A DNA stretch of 36,857 nucleotides from Sedimentisphaerales bacterium (GTDB lineage: Bacteria; Planctomycetota; Phycisphaerae; Sedimentisphaerales; Anaerobacaceae), in the NCBI GenBank assembly GCA_035529405.1, contig DATKWV010000053.1, positions 1 through 36,857 of the forward strand, written 5' to 3'. The first letter of the stretch is position 1; every line of letters begins with the position of its first letter. The notes beneath the pieces were generated by a model. The model worked only from the letters and a program-made list of their open reading frames with translations, did no database searches and was not told the DNA's origin. Below, one piece after another: positions 15,600-23,896 of this stretch. The position numbers were made by a program, and so were the translations under genes.

Positions 15600-17595
15600 T
15601 TTTTGTTATGACCGGCGCAGCAGCAAGTACGCCGCCGGCATTTGTGGGCACTACAGTATGACAGGTAATACACGGACCACGGTAACGATGAGGGGCCTTT
15701 GCGTCTTTTGTTATGGGCGGCGGATCAGGAAGTATGTCGCCGGCGTCTGTGGGAAGCTGGCCTCCGGTCGTCATGAAAATGTGGCAGTTAGTGCATGCAC
15801 GTCCCCGATTGCGATGTGGGCGCAGTGCACCCGGCTGGATCGGCTGGGCCGCCTCCATTTGAGCAAAGCCCAGCATATTGGCGTTCCGTGCCGTCATAAT
15901 AAATGTCATCTTCGTGCCCCGACGGCTGACTTGCACCTGTGCCTGCTTTCCTTCCTGCACCCGTTCACGCTGCGTAGCCTCGAAAAATGCTCTCAGGTCA
16001 GGTGTAGGAATACCCCCGATGGACTGGACCATATCCCCGGCCAGGATGCCGGACTCGGCGGATTCGAGCGTAACCTCGTCAACCAGCACGCCGGTTTCCC
16101 CCTTCGGAATCCGATATTCGGTGGCCAGTTCCGCAGTCAGCGGAATTACCTCCAAACCCAGCCAGTGCCCTTCGATAAAGTCCTTTCCTGCGGCGTTCTG
16201 CTCGCGGGGTGAGGGCAATGTTTCAGTCGGTGCCGTCGCCAGCGCAACGGTCTGAAGGGCCAGCGTGTTTCCTTGAGGCGCCTTGGGAAGCAGGCTGCGG
16301 ACGTTAGGCGGTTCCGGCCGAAGCGTACAAACCAAAGTTTTCTTACTGTTATTTCTGAAAAAAGTAAGCTCTGCCGTTTCACCGGCCTGCCTTCCATCCA
16401 GAAAAGACCAGAGCATTTTGTCGTTTCTGATGCGCTTGCGGTCAACTCGAAAGATTACGTCTCCTCTCATAAGGCCCGCCGCTGCCGCAGGAGAATTGAG
16501 AAAAACGCGGTTGACCAGCACACCATAATTAATGGGCAAATCGAACTCTCTGGCGACCACATCGTCCACGCCCCTGACGGCGATACCCAGCCAGCAGGGT
16601 CGTGAAGCAACAGTCCTTGCCATCATGCGCAGATTAGCCAAGGCCGGGACATTGAAGGCGTTGGTATTGCCCGCAGCACGTTGTATATTCCCCCCAGCCG
16701 CCGGTGACGGCACTATCTCTATAAAATCACCGAAAGCTGCTTTTGCCTGATTAACCGGCACTGCAAAACCGATACCGCTGAAAGATGTTGTCGGTGAATA
16801 AATAGCCGTATTGATACCGATAACCTGTCCCTGGGGATTGACCAGCGCGCCGCCGCTGGAACCGGGATTAATGGAAGCGTCGGTTTGAATCAGGCCTTTT
16901 ATGAGTTTGTCACCGGCTGTAAGTGTGCGGTCCGTATTGCTGATAATTCCTGCTGATGCGCTCTGCGACAAACCGAAAGGATTGCCTATTGCCACAACCT
17001 GCTGGCCAATAAATACCTTTTTGGAATCGCCCAGCGGCGCGGGTGTAAAAGTTTCTTTGGAAGCAGTGTTTACCTTTATAATCGCCAAATCCAGGTCCGG
17101 CCTGCTGTCGATAAGCTCAGCCGAATAGGATTTAATCAGCTGGTCATAACTGAAGGTAACAACGATATTCTCAGCCCCATTGACAACATGATAGTTGGTA
17201 AGGATATAGCCGAGATGATGTACAATGATACCGCTGGCGGTTTGTTCCATGGCCCCGGAGGTGTTAATACCCACCACAGCCGGCGAAACAATTCCGATGG
17301 CACGATTAAAGGACATTACCTGCGGCGTGGCACCGGTCACCGAATCCGGATTTTGTTTGCCGTACCAGGGCGGAACAAAGCTTGCTGTTCTGACATCAGC
17401 GTTTGCTGCCGATGGAACCGAGTTTCTTCGCAATGCGCTCCCAAAAGACATCGGTCCCCTGTTTCTTTGAGCCTGCCGTATGTCATCGGCATAGTAAAAT
17501 GCAAGCACGATTGTAGCGGCAATCAATACTCCTACCGCCGCAAGCCACGGCCCCAGCGTCTTTCGTGCACAAGTGTCGTTACCGTTATCAGCCAT
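15541..17595 (-). CDS. mamE: MamE-like HtrA serine protease: TM, active trypsin domain, two PDZ domains, three C-terminal magnetochrome (CXXCH) units
   Basis: The catalytic triad context is intact (LTNYHVV, DLAIIK, GSSGGAL). There are two PDZ-like segments. The C-terminus carries PHRNRGRACTNCH, PHRYRGPCITCH and PHRYRGRCATCH. Confidence 0.85.
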   Translation of the reverse strand: MADNGNDTCARKTLGPWLAAVGVLIAATIVLAFYYADDIRQAQRNRGPMSFGSALRRNSVPSAANADVRTASFVPPWYGKQNPDSVTGATPQVMSFNRAIGIVSPAVVGINTSGAMEQTASGIIVHHLGYILTNYHVVNGAENIVVTFSYDQLIKSYSAELIDSRPDLDLAIIKVNTASKETFTPAPLGDSKKVFIGQQVVAIGNPFGLSQSASAGIISNTDRTLTAGDKLIKGLIQTDASINPGSSGGALVNPQGQVIGINTAIYSPTTSFSGIGFAVPVNQAKAAFGDFIEIVPSPAAGGNIQRAAGNTNAFNVPALANLRMMARTVASRPCWLGIAVRGVDDVVAREFDLPINYGVLVNRVFLNSPAAAAGLMRGDVIFRVDRKRIRNDKMLWSFLDGRQAGETAELTFFRNNSKKTLVCTLRPEPPNVRSLLPKAPQGNTLALQTVALATAPTETLPSPREQNAAGKDFIEGHWLGLEVIPLTAELATEYRIPKGETGVLVDEVTLESAESGILAGDMVQSIGGIPTPDLRAFFEATQRERVQEGKQAQVQVSRRGTKMTFIMTARNANMLGFAQMEAAQPIQPGALRPHRNRGRACTNCHIFMTTGGQLPTDAGDILPDPPPITKDAKAPHRYRGPCITCHTVVPTNAGGVLAAAPVITKNATAPHRYRGRCATCHTIR
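15544..15753 (-). repeat. Tandem 105-nt (35-aa) duplication encoding magnetochrome units 2 and 3
   Basis: agtatgacaggta..ggtaacgatgaggggcc..ttttgttatg occurs at about 15551 and again at about 15656. Confidence 0.85.
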
Positions 17596-17611
17596 CCTTT
17601 ACACCTGCAAC

Positions 17612-20116
17612 CTAAGCTTTTATCCTCAGATTAAAGCGTTGTCCCTGGCGATAAACATTCAAAGATATATCTCTTTGCGGGTCTGTTTTATTCATGACCT
17701 TTATGAAATCGACGATTGTTTCGACCGGCTGGTTGCCGATTGCATTGATTACATCTCCTGCCAACAGCCCGGCAGCAGCAGCCTGGCCGGCACTTTCGGT
17801 AATAACAACCCCTTTTTCTCCTTCCGGAATATTGTAAGTCAATGCCAATACGGGCGATAATGCCTCCACCCCCATTCCCAGCACCTCAACTTCATCGGCT
17901 CCCACCTCTCCGCCGGCCAGCACACCCGACAATCCCGGCGGCTGGACATTCTGAGGATTGAACGGCTCGAAAGGCTGTGTGCCCAGTGCCAGTGCCTGTG
18001 CCTGAATTGCTGCCATACCCTGTGCTGCGGGGCCTTCGGTTTCCGGAAGGAAAAGGTCCCAGCCGGCCCCTTGTAAGCCAAACGGCCTGGCAATCAGCAC
18101 CGGTGAAATGCTTATGGTCTTGCCGTCTCGATAAATGGTCAGCTTCATTTGCTGGCCTGGTTTTTTCTTCACGAGCACCCCTTCAAGCATCGCACCATCC
18201 CTGATTGCGCGACCGTCGGCACGGATTATCACATCGCCTCTCTGCAGCCCGGCTATCCTGCACGGCGAATTACCGAAAACTTCCATCACAAGCGCCCCTC
18301 GCGCCATAGGCAGGCCCACAAAAGTTTTAATTTGCCTGTCAACCGCCCTGACCCGTATGCCAAGCCACGGTCCATCCTGCTGACCGGCCGCCTGACGGAA
18401 TTGTCCTGCCGGCGGACACCACGGATAAAGCCCCAGGCCCCGTCGCATTGCCTGACTTTCAGGACCAGCGGCTTGTTGCATCCAGCTTTGCGGCGGACAC
18501 CAGGGATTTAATCCAAGGCCCGGCTGCGCAGGGAGGTTCCCCGTATTAACGCCGCCCTGCAGCCCGCCTACCGGCGGACACCAGGGGTATAAACCTTTGC
18601 CTTTCTGTACGGAACCGCCCAACTGGTTACGGGCCCAATTCGGAGCACCGCGCAAAACTTCGGTCACATTGCTCGGGGCGGTTTCTATAAACTCGGGAAA
18701 CGCTGCTTTGGCAGGGTCAATCGGGCTGGCAAAACCGATACCGCTGAATGCCTGTGTCGGCGAATAAATTGCCGTGTTCAGCCCTATGACCTCACCATTG
18801 ACGTTCACAAGCGGCCCGCCGCTTGAGCCGGGATTGATGGGCGCATCGGTCTGGATAAAGTTCGTGAAGGTCTTGTTACCGACAGCGAGCGTGCGCTGGG
18901 TGTTGCTGATAATCCCGAACGTTACACTTTGCTGCAGGCCGTAGGGACTGCCGACGGCCAATACCTCATCCCCGACAGATACGGCACTGCTGTTGCCGAT
19001 TAGTGCAGGGCTGAACTGCTCGTTGCCTTTGGAAAGTATCTTCAGTATGGCGAAATCAAGCTCGGGGGCCTCGTCAATCAATTGGGCCGGATAAGTCTTC
19101 GTTACCTGCCCAACGCTGAGCGTAACGGTGATATCCCTGGCGCCGTGTACGACGTGATGATTAGTCAGAACATAGCCGTTGCGATTTACAATCACTCCGG
19201 AACCGCCCCTGCCAAGTGCCTGAAACTGCTTGTCATTCTGCGGCGGCAAACCGGGCGCATTGGCGATTGTCTGCCAGCCGGGAAGACACGCCCCGGGCAC
19301 ATTGGCCATTGTCTGCCAGCCGCCCGGCGGACAAACCCAGGGTGCGCCTTGCCTCATCATCTGCGTGCCGCAGCTCGGGCAGCCGAGAGTATAGGCTGGA
19401 ACGCCGGCTCGATGAGGCATACTGGTGCCGCAATTGGGACATAGCAGAAATCCGCCGGAGCCCATTCCCCAGCCGCCGTTCCGTTGGCCCCAGACATACT
19501 GTGCAGAACCTGCCGCTTCCGGCGACTGGTCTGCGGGCTGGTTTTGGCCGGCCATCGGCTGGCCGGCACCGGGTACAGGATAAGGTCCCGGCGCACCTTC
19601 GCGCATCATTTGCGTTCCGCAGTTCGGGCAATTGACGGTGTAGGCGGGGACAGCTCTTTGATGAGGTACCCTTGTGCCGCAATTTGGGCAGGCCAGGTAG
19701 CCGCCGGGGCCCATTCCCCAGCCGCCCATCCTGCCTGCACCGGCTGCAGGCTGCGCCTGCACAGCAGGGCCGCCCTGACTTATAAAACTGCTGCCTACGT
19801 TGACACTTACCACCGAAGGCGCAATTTTGGCAACGATGTTTTTGTACGACATCTGTTGCGAAAAGGCGACCGGCTGGCCCTGAAAGGCAGCCTGTAATTG
19901 CTGCTGGGCGCCAAAGCCCCACTCTTCGAGAACGCCGGCCTGGAGTTCGGCCTGGGCCTGACGAAGATTTCGCTGGCTCTGGCGGTCCCAGTAAACAACC
20001 GCAACTATAACCAGGATGATTAACGTTATTAATACTGTCAGCAGGTTCCTGTTGCTGCCTGGGCCGCTTTGTGAGTTATCCACTGTCGACTCATCGCCTT
20101 TGGTTTTCTCTTCCAT
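17612..20116 (-). CDS. Second HtrA-family serine protease (MamE paralogue without magnetochrome). It carries a duplicated zinc-ribbon insert, Cys-Pro repeats and two PDZ domains.
   Basis: LTNHHVV, DFAILK and GSSGGPL are intact. The track start is GTG at 20122; the ATG at 20116 has AAGGTGG about 7 nt upstream. Confidence 0.85.
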   Translation of the reverse strand: MEEKTKGDESTVDNSQSGPGSNRNLLTVLITLIILVIVAVVYWDRQSQRNLRQAQAELQAGVLEEWGFGAQQQLQAAFQGQPVAFSQQMSYKNIVAKIAPSVVSVNVGSSFISQGGPAVQAQPAAGAGRMGGWGMGPGGYLACPNCGTRVPHQRAVPAYTVNCPNCGTQMMREGAPGPYPVPGAGQPMAGQNQPADQSPEAAGSAQYVWGQRNGGWGMGSGGFLLCPNCGTSMPHRAGVPAYTLGCPSCGTQMMRQGAPWVCPPGGWQTMANVPGACLPGWQTIANAPGLPPQNDKQFQALGRGGSGVIVNRNGYVLTNHHVVHGARDITVTLSVGQVTKTYPAQLIDEAPELDFAILKILSKGNEQFSPALIGNSSAVSVGDEVLAVGSPYGLQQSVTFGIISNTQRTLAVGNKTFTNFIQTDAPINPGSSGGPLVNVNGEVIGLNTAIYSPTQAFSGIGFASPIDPAKAAFPEFIETAPSNVTEVLRGAPNWARNQLGGSVQKGKGLYPWCPPVGGLQGGVNTGNLPAQPGLGLNPWCPPQSWMQQAAGPESQAMRRGLGLYPWCPPAGQFRQAAGQQDGPWLGIRVRAVDRQIKTFVGLPMARGALVMEVFGNSPCRIAGLQRGDVIIRADGRAIRDGAMLEGVLVKKKPGQQMKLTIYRDGKTISISPVLIARPFGLQGAGWDLFLPETEGPAAQGMAAIQAQALALGTQPFEPFNPQNVQPPGLSGVLAGGEVGADEVEVLGMGVEALSPVLALTYNIPEGEKGVVITESAGQAAAAGLLAGDVINAIGNQPVETIVDFIKVMNKTDPQRDISLNVYRQGQRFNLRIKA
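18407..18601 (-). repeat. Three G-L-(Y/N)-P-W-C-P-P repeats between the trypsin domain and PDZ1
   Basis: The copies read KGKGLYPWCPP, GLGLNPWCPP and RGLGLYPWCPP. A fourth, related PWVCPP lies at 19325-19342. Confidence 0.85.
19337..19726 (-). repeat. Two copies of a ~45-aa unit, GGWGMGxGG(Y/F)LxCPNCGT-x17-CPxCGTQMMRxGAP, inside the protease gene
   Basis: Both copies were read directly from the translation. They lie between the first trypsin strand (APSVVSVNVG) and GSGVIVNRNGYVLTNHH. Confidence 0.85.
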
Positions 20117-20283
20117 ATCCACACCACCTTTCGACTTGGGGTCGATTTGTCAATTGCCGGTTTCGAACACCTTCAGGAAATTGCAAATCCTGACGGACCG
20201 CCGCGCCCGAACCGGCACATAGTCCACCGCCGGCCGGCCCTTTCAAAATCAGCTTTGCAATTATCCCGGGCAATCATTTTCAG

Positions 20284-20469
20284 CTACTGGGCTGCGTTTT
20301 GTCTGTATTTTCTTCTTATCGCAACGGCTATAGCCAGGGCCCCTCCGATGATAAGCCCCAGAATAACCAGTCCCTGGATGACTTCAACGGCAAACCACCA
20401 CCAGTAGGCCAGGGCCCAGACACCGACTGCCAGGGACACCGCACCGATAATTCCCAATCTCATTATCAT
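20284..20469 (-). CDS. mamI: MamI-like small two-TM protein, copy 1
   Basis: MRLGIIGAVSLAVGVWALAYWWWFAVEVIQGLVILGLIIGGALAIAVAI matches the remembered MamI pattern (G..A.ALG..G...WWW.V.EF.RG..P.AL..G..ALA.G). The likely start is the ATG at 20463. Confidence 0.6.
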   Translation of the reverse strand: MIMRLGIIGAVSLAVGVWALAYWWWFAVEVIQGLVILGLIIGGALAIAVAIRRKYRQNAAQ

Positions 20470-20764
20470 TCACCTTCTACTTTCCTGCAGCGATTAGCGG
20501 GTATTTTGAATGTACCGGGCAACGCACCCGCAATAAAACACCCGATAAATAAAAATACCCCCCGTTCCAGCCCGTGCTGTTATAAACTCGAAATTTCACA
20601 TCTGCCGTCATCTTATCGTTTTCTCCCCTGCTGCAGATGTTGTGTTTAAGCTAACGGTTGAATTCTTTACCGCAGCCGCAGCAGGCAACCGTTTCGGATG
20701 CGCCGGCCACGTTGGCGTCGCAGGGCGGCCGGACTGCAAGAAATATTATACGAGGAACTGTAAA

Positions 20765-20956
20765 TCATTTTTCTTTTGCGGATGCTTTCTCTTTGCCCAT
20801 TCTTCTTAAAGCAACGGCTATAGCCAGAGCCCCGCCGAGCACAAGAATCAGGGCAATCAGCCCCTCAATTATCTCGATAATAAACCACCGGCAATACACC
20901 ATCGCCAGAATTCCAAGCCCCATCGCGATTGCTCCAATTATTCCCAATCTCATCAT
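20765..20956 (-). CDS. mamI: MamI-like small two-TM protein, copy 2
   Basis: It is a paralogue of 20284..20469 (MMRLGIIGAIAMGLGILAMVYCRWFIIEIIEGLIALILVLGGALAIAVALRR). Its start overlaps the mamQ-like stop (ATGA). Confidence 0.55.
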   Translation of the reverse strand: MMRLGIIGAIAMGLGILAMVYCRWFIIEIIEGLIALILVLGGALAIAVALRRMGKEKASAKEK

Positions 20957-21741
20957 TTTGCTCCTTCAGTTTTGTCGGCATTGCCGGCGCCGACCTGCGG
21001 CTGCTGGTTGACACTGGCGCCCTGCCGGCTTATGTTCAGGTCGATGACAGGAACTTCCACATTCTCTGTCAGGCCTATGTACTCGATAGCATTATGGCGA
21101 TAAATAAATGCGAACACGTTTCCGGGAAATATTGTTATGTATTGATTATATATTTCACCGGCCTTGTTATACTTTTCCTTGGCGTTGGCGATTCGGTTCT
21201 CGGTGTTGGCCGCTTCCTTTATCAAATCCTGCACGGATTGTGTAGCCTTAAGGTCGGGATACTGCTCGGCCAATGCCACCAACTTCGACAATGTATGTTC
21301 CAGTACGTTGCCCGTGCTGACACCGGCGGTCTGGGAACTTCGGAGCATCTTCAGGGTTTCTCTTGCGTCTGAGACGTATTTGAACACCTCCTGCTCGTAT
21401 GCAGCGTATTTGCTTACAAGCGAGACCACGTTGGGAATCAGGTTCTGCCTTCTCTGCAGTTCGAAGTCCACGTCGGCTCGCCGGGCCCATGCAACGGTTC
21501 GCCATGAATTAAGGCGGTTGTACTGGAAAACCGCTTCGGCAATAACTACCAGCACCGCCAGAGCAATGACGATTCTTACGCACCACATCGCTGTGCGCCG
21601 ACTGCCGAGGGCTTTTTTGATATTCCTGATTTTGTCCTGTTTTGGACCGGCTGTTTTGCTCGCCGTACCCGTACAGCCGGCAGCGGCAGGCTTGAGTTCC
21701 TCTGCGTACAGCCTTTTTACAACGTTGCCAATCCGACTCAT
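20953..21741 (-). CDS. mamQ: LemA-family membrane protein, MamQ-like
   Basis: One TM is followed by a LemA core (RRQNLIPNVVSLVSKYAAYEQEVF...LAEQYPDLKATQSVQDL...ENRIANAKEKYNKAGEIYNQYITIFPGNVFA). GGGAAGG lies 6 nt upstream of the ATG. Confidence 0.8.
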   Translation of the reverse strand: MSRIGNVVKRLYAEELKPAAAGCTGTASKTAGPKQDKIRNIKKALGSRRTAMWCVRIVIALAVLVVIAEAVFQYNRLNSWRTVAWARRADVDFELQRRQNLIPNVVSLVSKYAAYEQEVFKYVSDARETLKMLRSSQTAGVSTGNVLEHTLSKLVALAEQYPDLKATQSVQDLIKEAANTENRIANAKEKYNKAGEIYNQYITIFPGNVFAFIYRHNAIEYIGLTENVEVPVIDLNISRQGASVNQQPQVGAGNADKTEGAK

Positions 21742-21811
21742 TTACGACCTTCCCTTTTCGTAAGAGTTTCGGACTGCTTTGTCGGCAATCCGCAAACTGC
21801 GGCCATATTAC

Positions 21812-22423
21812 TTAAACGGCCGCTTCTTCGGCCTCGACGGCCTTTTTGAACGCCTCTACAGCTTTTTCGTGCTCGCCCTGCCCGTCGTAAATCAGGCCCA
21901 GACGGTAGTGGTATTTGTCCACAGCGGGTGCTAATTTTATGGCCTTGCTGATTGACTCGATAGCCGGCTTGTGGTCGCCTTTCTTATCCAGAACCACACC
22001 GAGCGTGTAATGAAAATCAGCGCGTTCAGGCTCAAGCTTCACCGCCTTCCTGTACGAGTCAACAGCACTGGCCAGTGCACCGGTCCTGTCATATAGCGCA
22101 CCGAGCCTGTAGTGAGTACTCGAGCGGTCCGGGTCGAGTTTCAGTACCTTCTGGAAGCAGGCGATTGCTTCTTCGTCCAGTCGTTTACCCATGTAGGCCG
22201 CGCCCAACTGGTACTGGATTTCAGCGTCGTCGCCGTTAAGAGCCAGGGCCTTCTGACACAATGAGACGGCCTGGTCGTAATCACCTCTGTTGATACAGCC
22301 TTTGGCCCTGTCGCGATAGACCTGCACCAGCTCTGTGGAATCGAGTCGAAAAGCCCTCTCGAGCTTGTCGAGGTATAAACCCAGAACATGGCCAAAACCA
22401 CGGAATGAGAACTTTTCCAACAT
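21812..22423 (-). CDS. mamA: TPR-repeat protein, MamA-like; first gene of the cluster
   Basis: The 203-aa product has about 5 consecutive TPR units (e.g. AIACFQKVLKLDPDRSSTHYRLGALY, AVDSYRKAVKLEPERADFHYTLGVVL, AIESISKAIKLAPAVDKYHYRLGLIY). GGGAGG lies 8 nt upstream of the ATG. Confidence 0.75.
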   Translation of the reverse strand: MLEKFSFRGFGHVLGLYLDKLERAFRLDSTELVQVYRDRAKGCINRGDYDQAVSLCQKALALNGDDAEIQYQLGAAYMGKRLDEEAIACFQKVLKLDPDRSSTHYRLGALYDRTGALASAVDSYRKAVKLEPERADFHYTLGVVLDKKGDHKPAIESISKAIKLAPAVDKYHYRLGLIYDGQGEHEKAVEAFKKAVEAEEAAV

Positions 22424-22700
22424 TTCAAAACCTCCCTTGTCTATTTAGTCGGTTATTATTTCCGTCGCACAACTGCAATGGCCTGCAGCTGTCACGAAAA
22501 ATCGCAATGTCAAAGCCCGGGCATACTCCGTCCCTGTGGGTTACGGCAAATCATCACGGCTGCGCAACAATCGTTTAATTCCTTTGCAAGACAGCGGGCA
22601 TCGTAGAAGTCAGTCCCAATCCACAATACTAAAATAAGCTTGCATCGCGCCCGCATCTTGTAAACTTCTCTTCATTTATATCTATAGAGTTGTTTATAAC

Positions 22701-22740
22701 AAAAAACCCAGCCAGCTATCCATTCGGATAACCAGCTGGG
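22701..22740 (-). terminator. Strand-specific intrinsic terminator upstream of the mamA-like gene
   Basis: The minus-strand RNA reads CCCAGCUGGUUAUCC-GAAU-GGAUAGCUGGCUGGG-UUUUUUG. That is a 15-bp stem including three G-U pairs (which become C-A mismatches on the plus strand), a tetraloop and a U6 tail. Confidence 0.8.
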
Positions 22741-23783
22741 TCAGCATCTCACAACCACCTCTGCCCGGCTGCGAAAATCCTGCAAACCACCGCAACAGGT
22801 GCTGGTATATTTACATCCTTGCAGACGTATGATGCTATCATACATCCGTGGATAGCACAGCATTCTTCTCAAGCCACTTTCTAATGCTTTTCAATCACCT
22901 CGGGGCGAACTTCTCAGCGGCCGCAAATGCTTTTTTAAGCACGCCAAAAAACCTCCTGTTTGGCCCCTTTTACGCCTTGTCAATCGCACGGTCGAATTCA
23001 GCCTGATTGTTTGCTGCTGCACATAACTGATTCTCGACCTCGCTTATCAACTCGACCGTGTTCATCGACTTGGTGTTCTTGGGCCGAACATATAACCTAT
23101 AAGTGACAGCGTATCAAGAAAAAATATTGTTTCTGCGCAATTTTTTTTTGGCATACTTGTTCACAGACCCGCATACAACCGCACAGGTCTGGTTTCAGCC
23201 GGCCGTTGCTTCGGTTAAGACGCGCAAGCCTATAACAGACAGGGCCGCAAGAGCGATTCGCCGGGCAGGTCCGCCGGCAATTCCCAAGTCGCCGCCCTGC
23301 CGTAGTGTTATGTCATTGAAAGACTTAGCACAAACAGACATCGCCGCTGCCTAGCGCCCGTTAAACCGGGCAATGTTAAATTGTGCCGGTTGTGACAGCA
23401 TGATTGCAGGATAGAGATGGCCGGCAATAATGCAGGCAGAGCAGATAAATCTACAAGAATACTCTTGAATCACAAACAAACCAGTTTCCGATTGTCCGCA
23501 ATCCTCGTATTGGCAGACCCGCGAGGTCCTGAAATTCTCGTCATTGCCAACCGCGCAGGTAGCTTTTTGAAAGTTCAGCCGGCGGCTGCACCACGCCGGC
23601 CCGGCCCCCAACAGCTTGCCGGCTGCGACATACATCACGCACGCCCCGGGCGGTTTCTGTCGCTGCGGGGGCGAAAAACTATAGTCCCCTGCTGTCGATA
23701 AACAACACAGAAAGCGTGAAAAACTTCGAGATGTTCGTTCCGGTTCCAATCCGATGTTTAATGACAATCTTTTGCAGCACGGC

Positions 23784-23811
23784 TTGACACCGGTGCGGCA
23801 TTGTGTATAAT
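23784..23811 (+). promoter_or_regulatory. Sigma70-type promoter for the porin-acs operon
   Basis: TTGACA (23784-23789), a 16-nt spacer, then TATAAT (23806-23811). It lies about 85 nt upstream of the GTG start, which is preceded by GAAGGAG. Confidence 0.6.
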
Positions 23812-23896
23812 TTCTCCTTTTCCGCCTGATTGCTTCGGATATGCGGAGGATTCCAGGCAGTTCGAATGACTTGTTTTACAAAGAAGGAGTTTCAAA

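Noticed and set aside
20477-20611. A 44-aa minus-strand ORF between the two mamI-like genes.
   Set aside because: It has a weak, distant RBS, no TM segment and no motif, so it cannot be supported as a gene from sequence alone.
22485-22513. A sigma70 promoter for the mamA-like gene, based on TTGACA at 22513-22508 (minus strand).
   Set aside because: The hexamer 17 nt downstream is AGCTGC, with no -10 resemblance. It is kept only as a remark in the gap finding.
23103-23767. ORFs 23103..23354 (+), 23351..23767 (-) and 23417..23701 (+) in the gap upstream of the porin gene.
   Set aside because: They mutually overlap, lack a Shine-Dalgarno sequence, have odd Cys/Arg/Pro-rich composition, and carry no recognisable motif. 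The region is treated as non-coding or possibly decayed.
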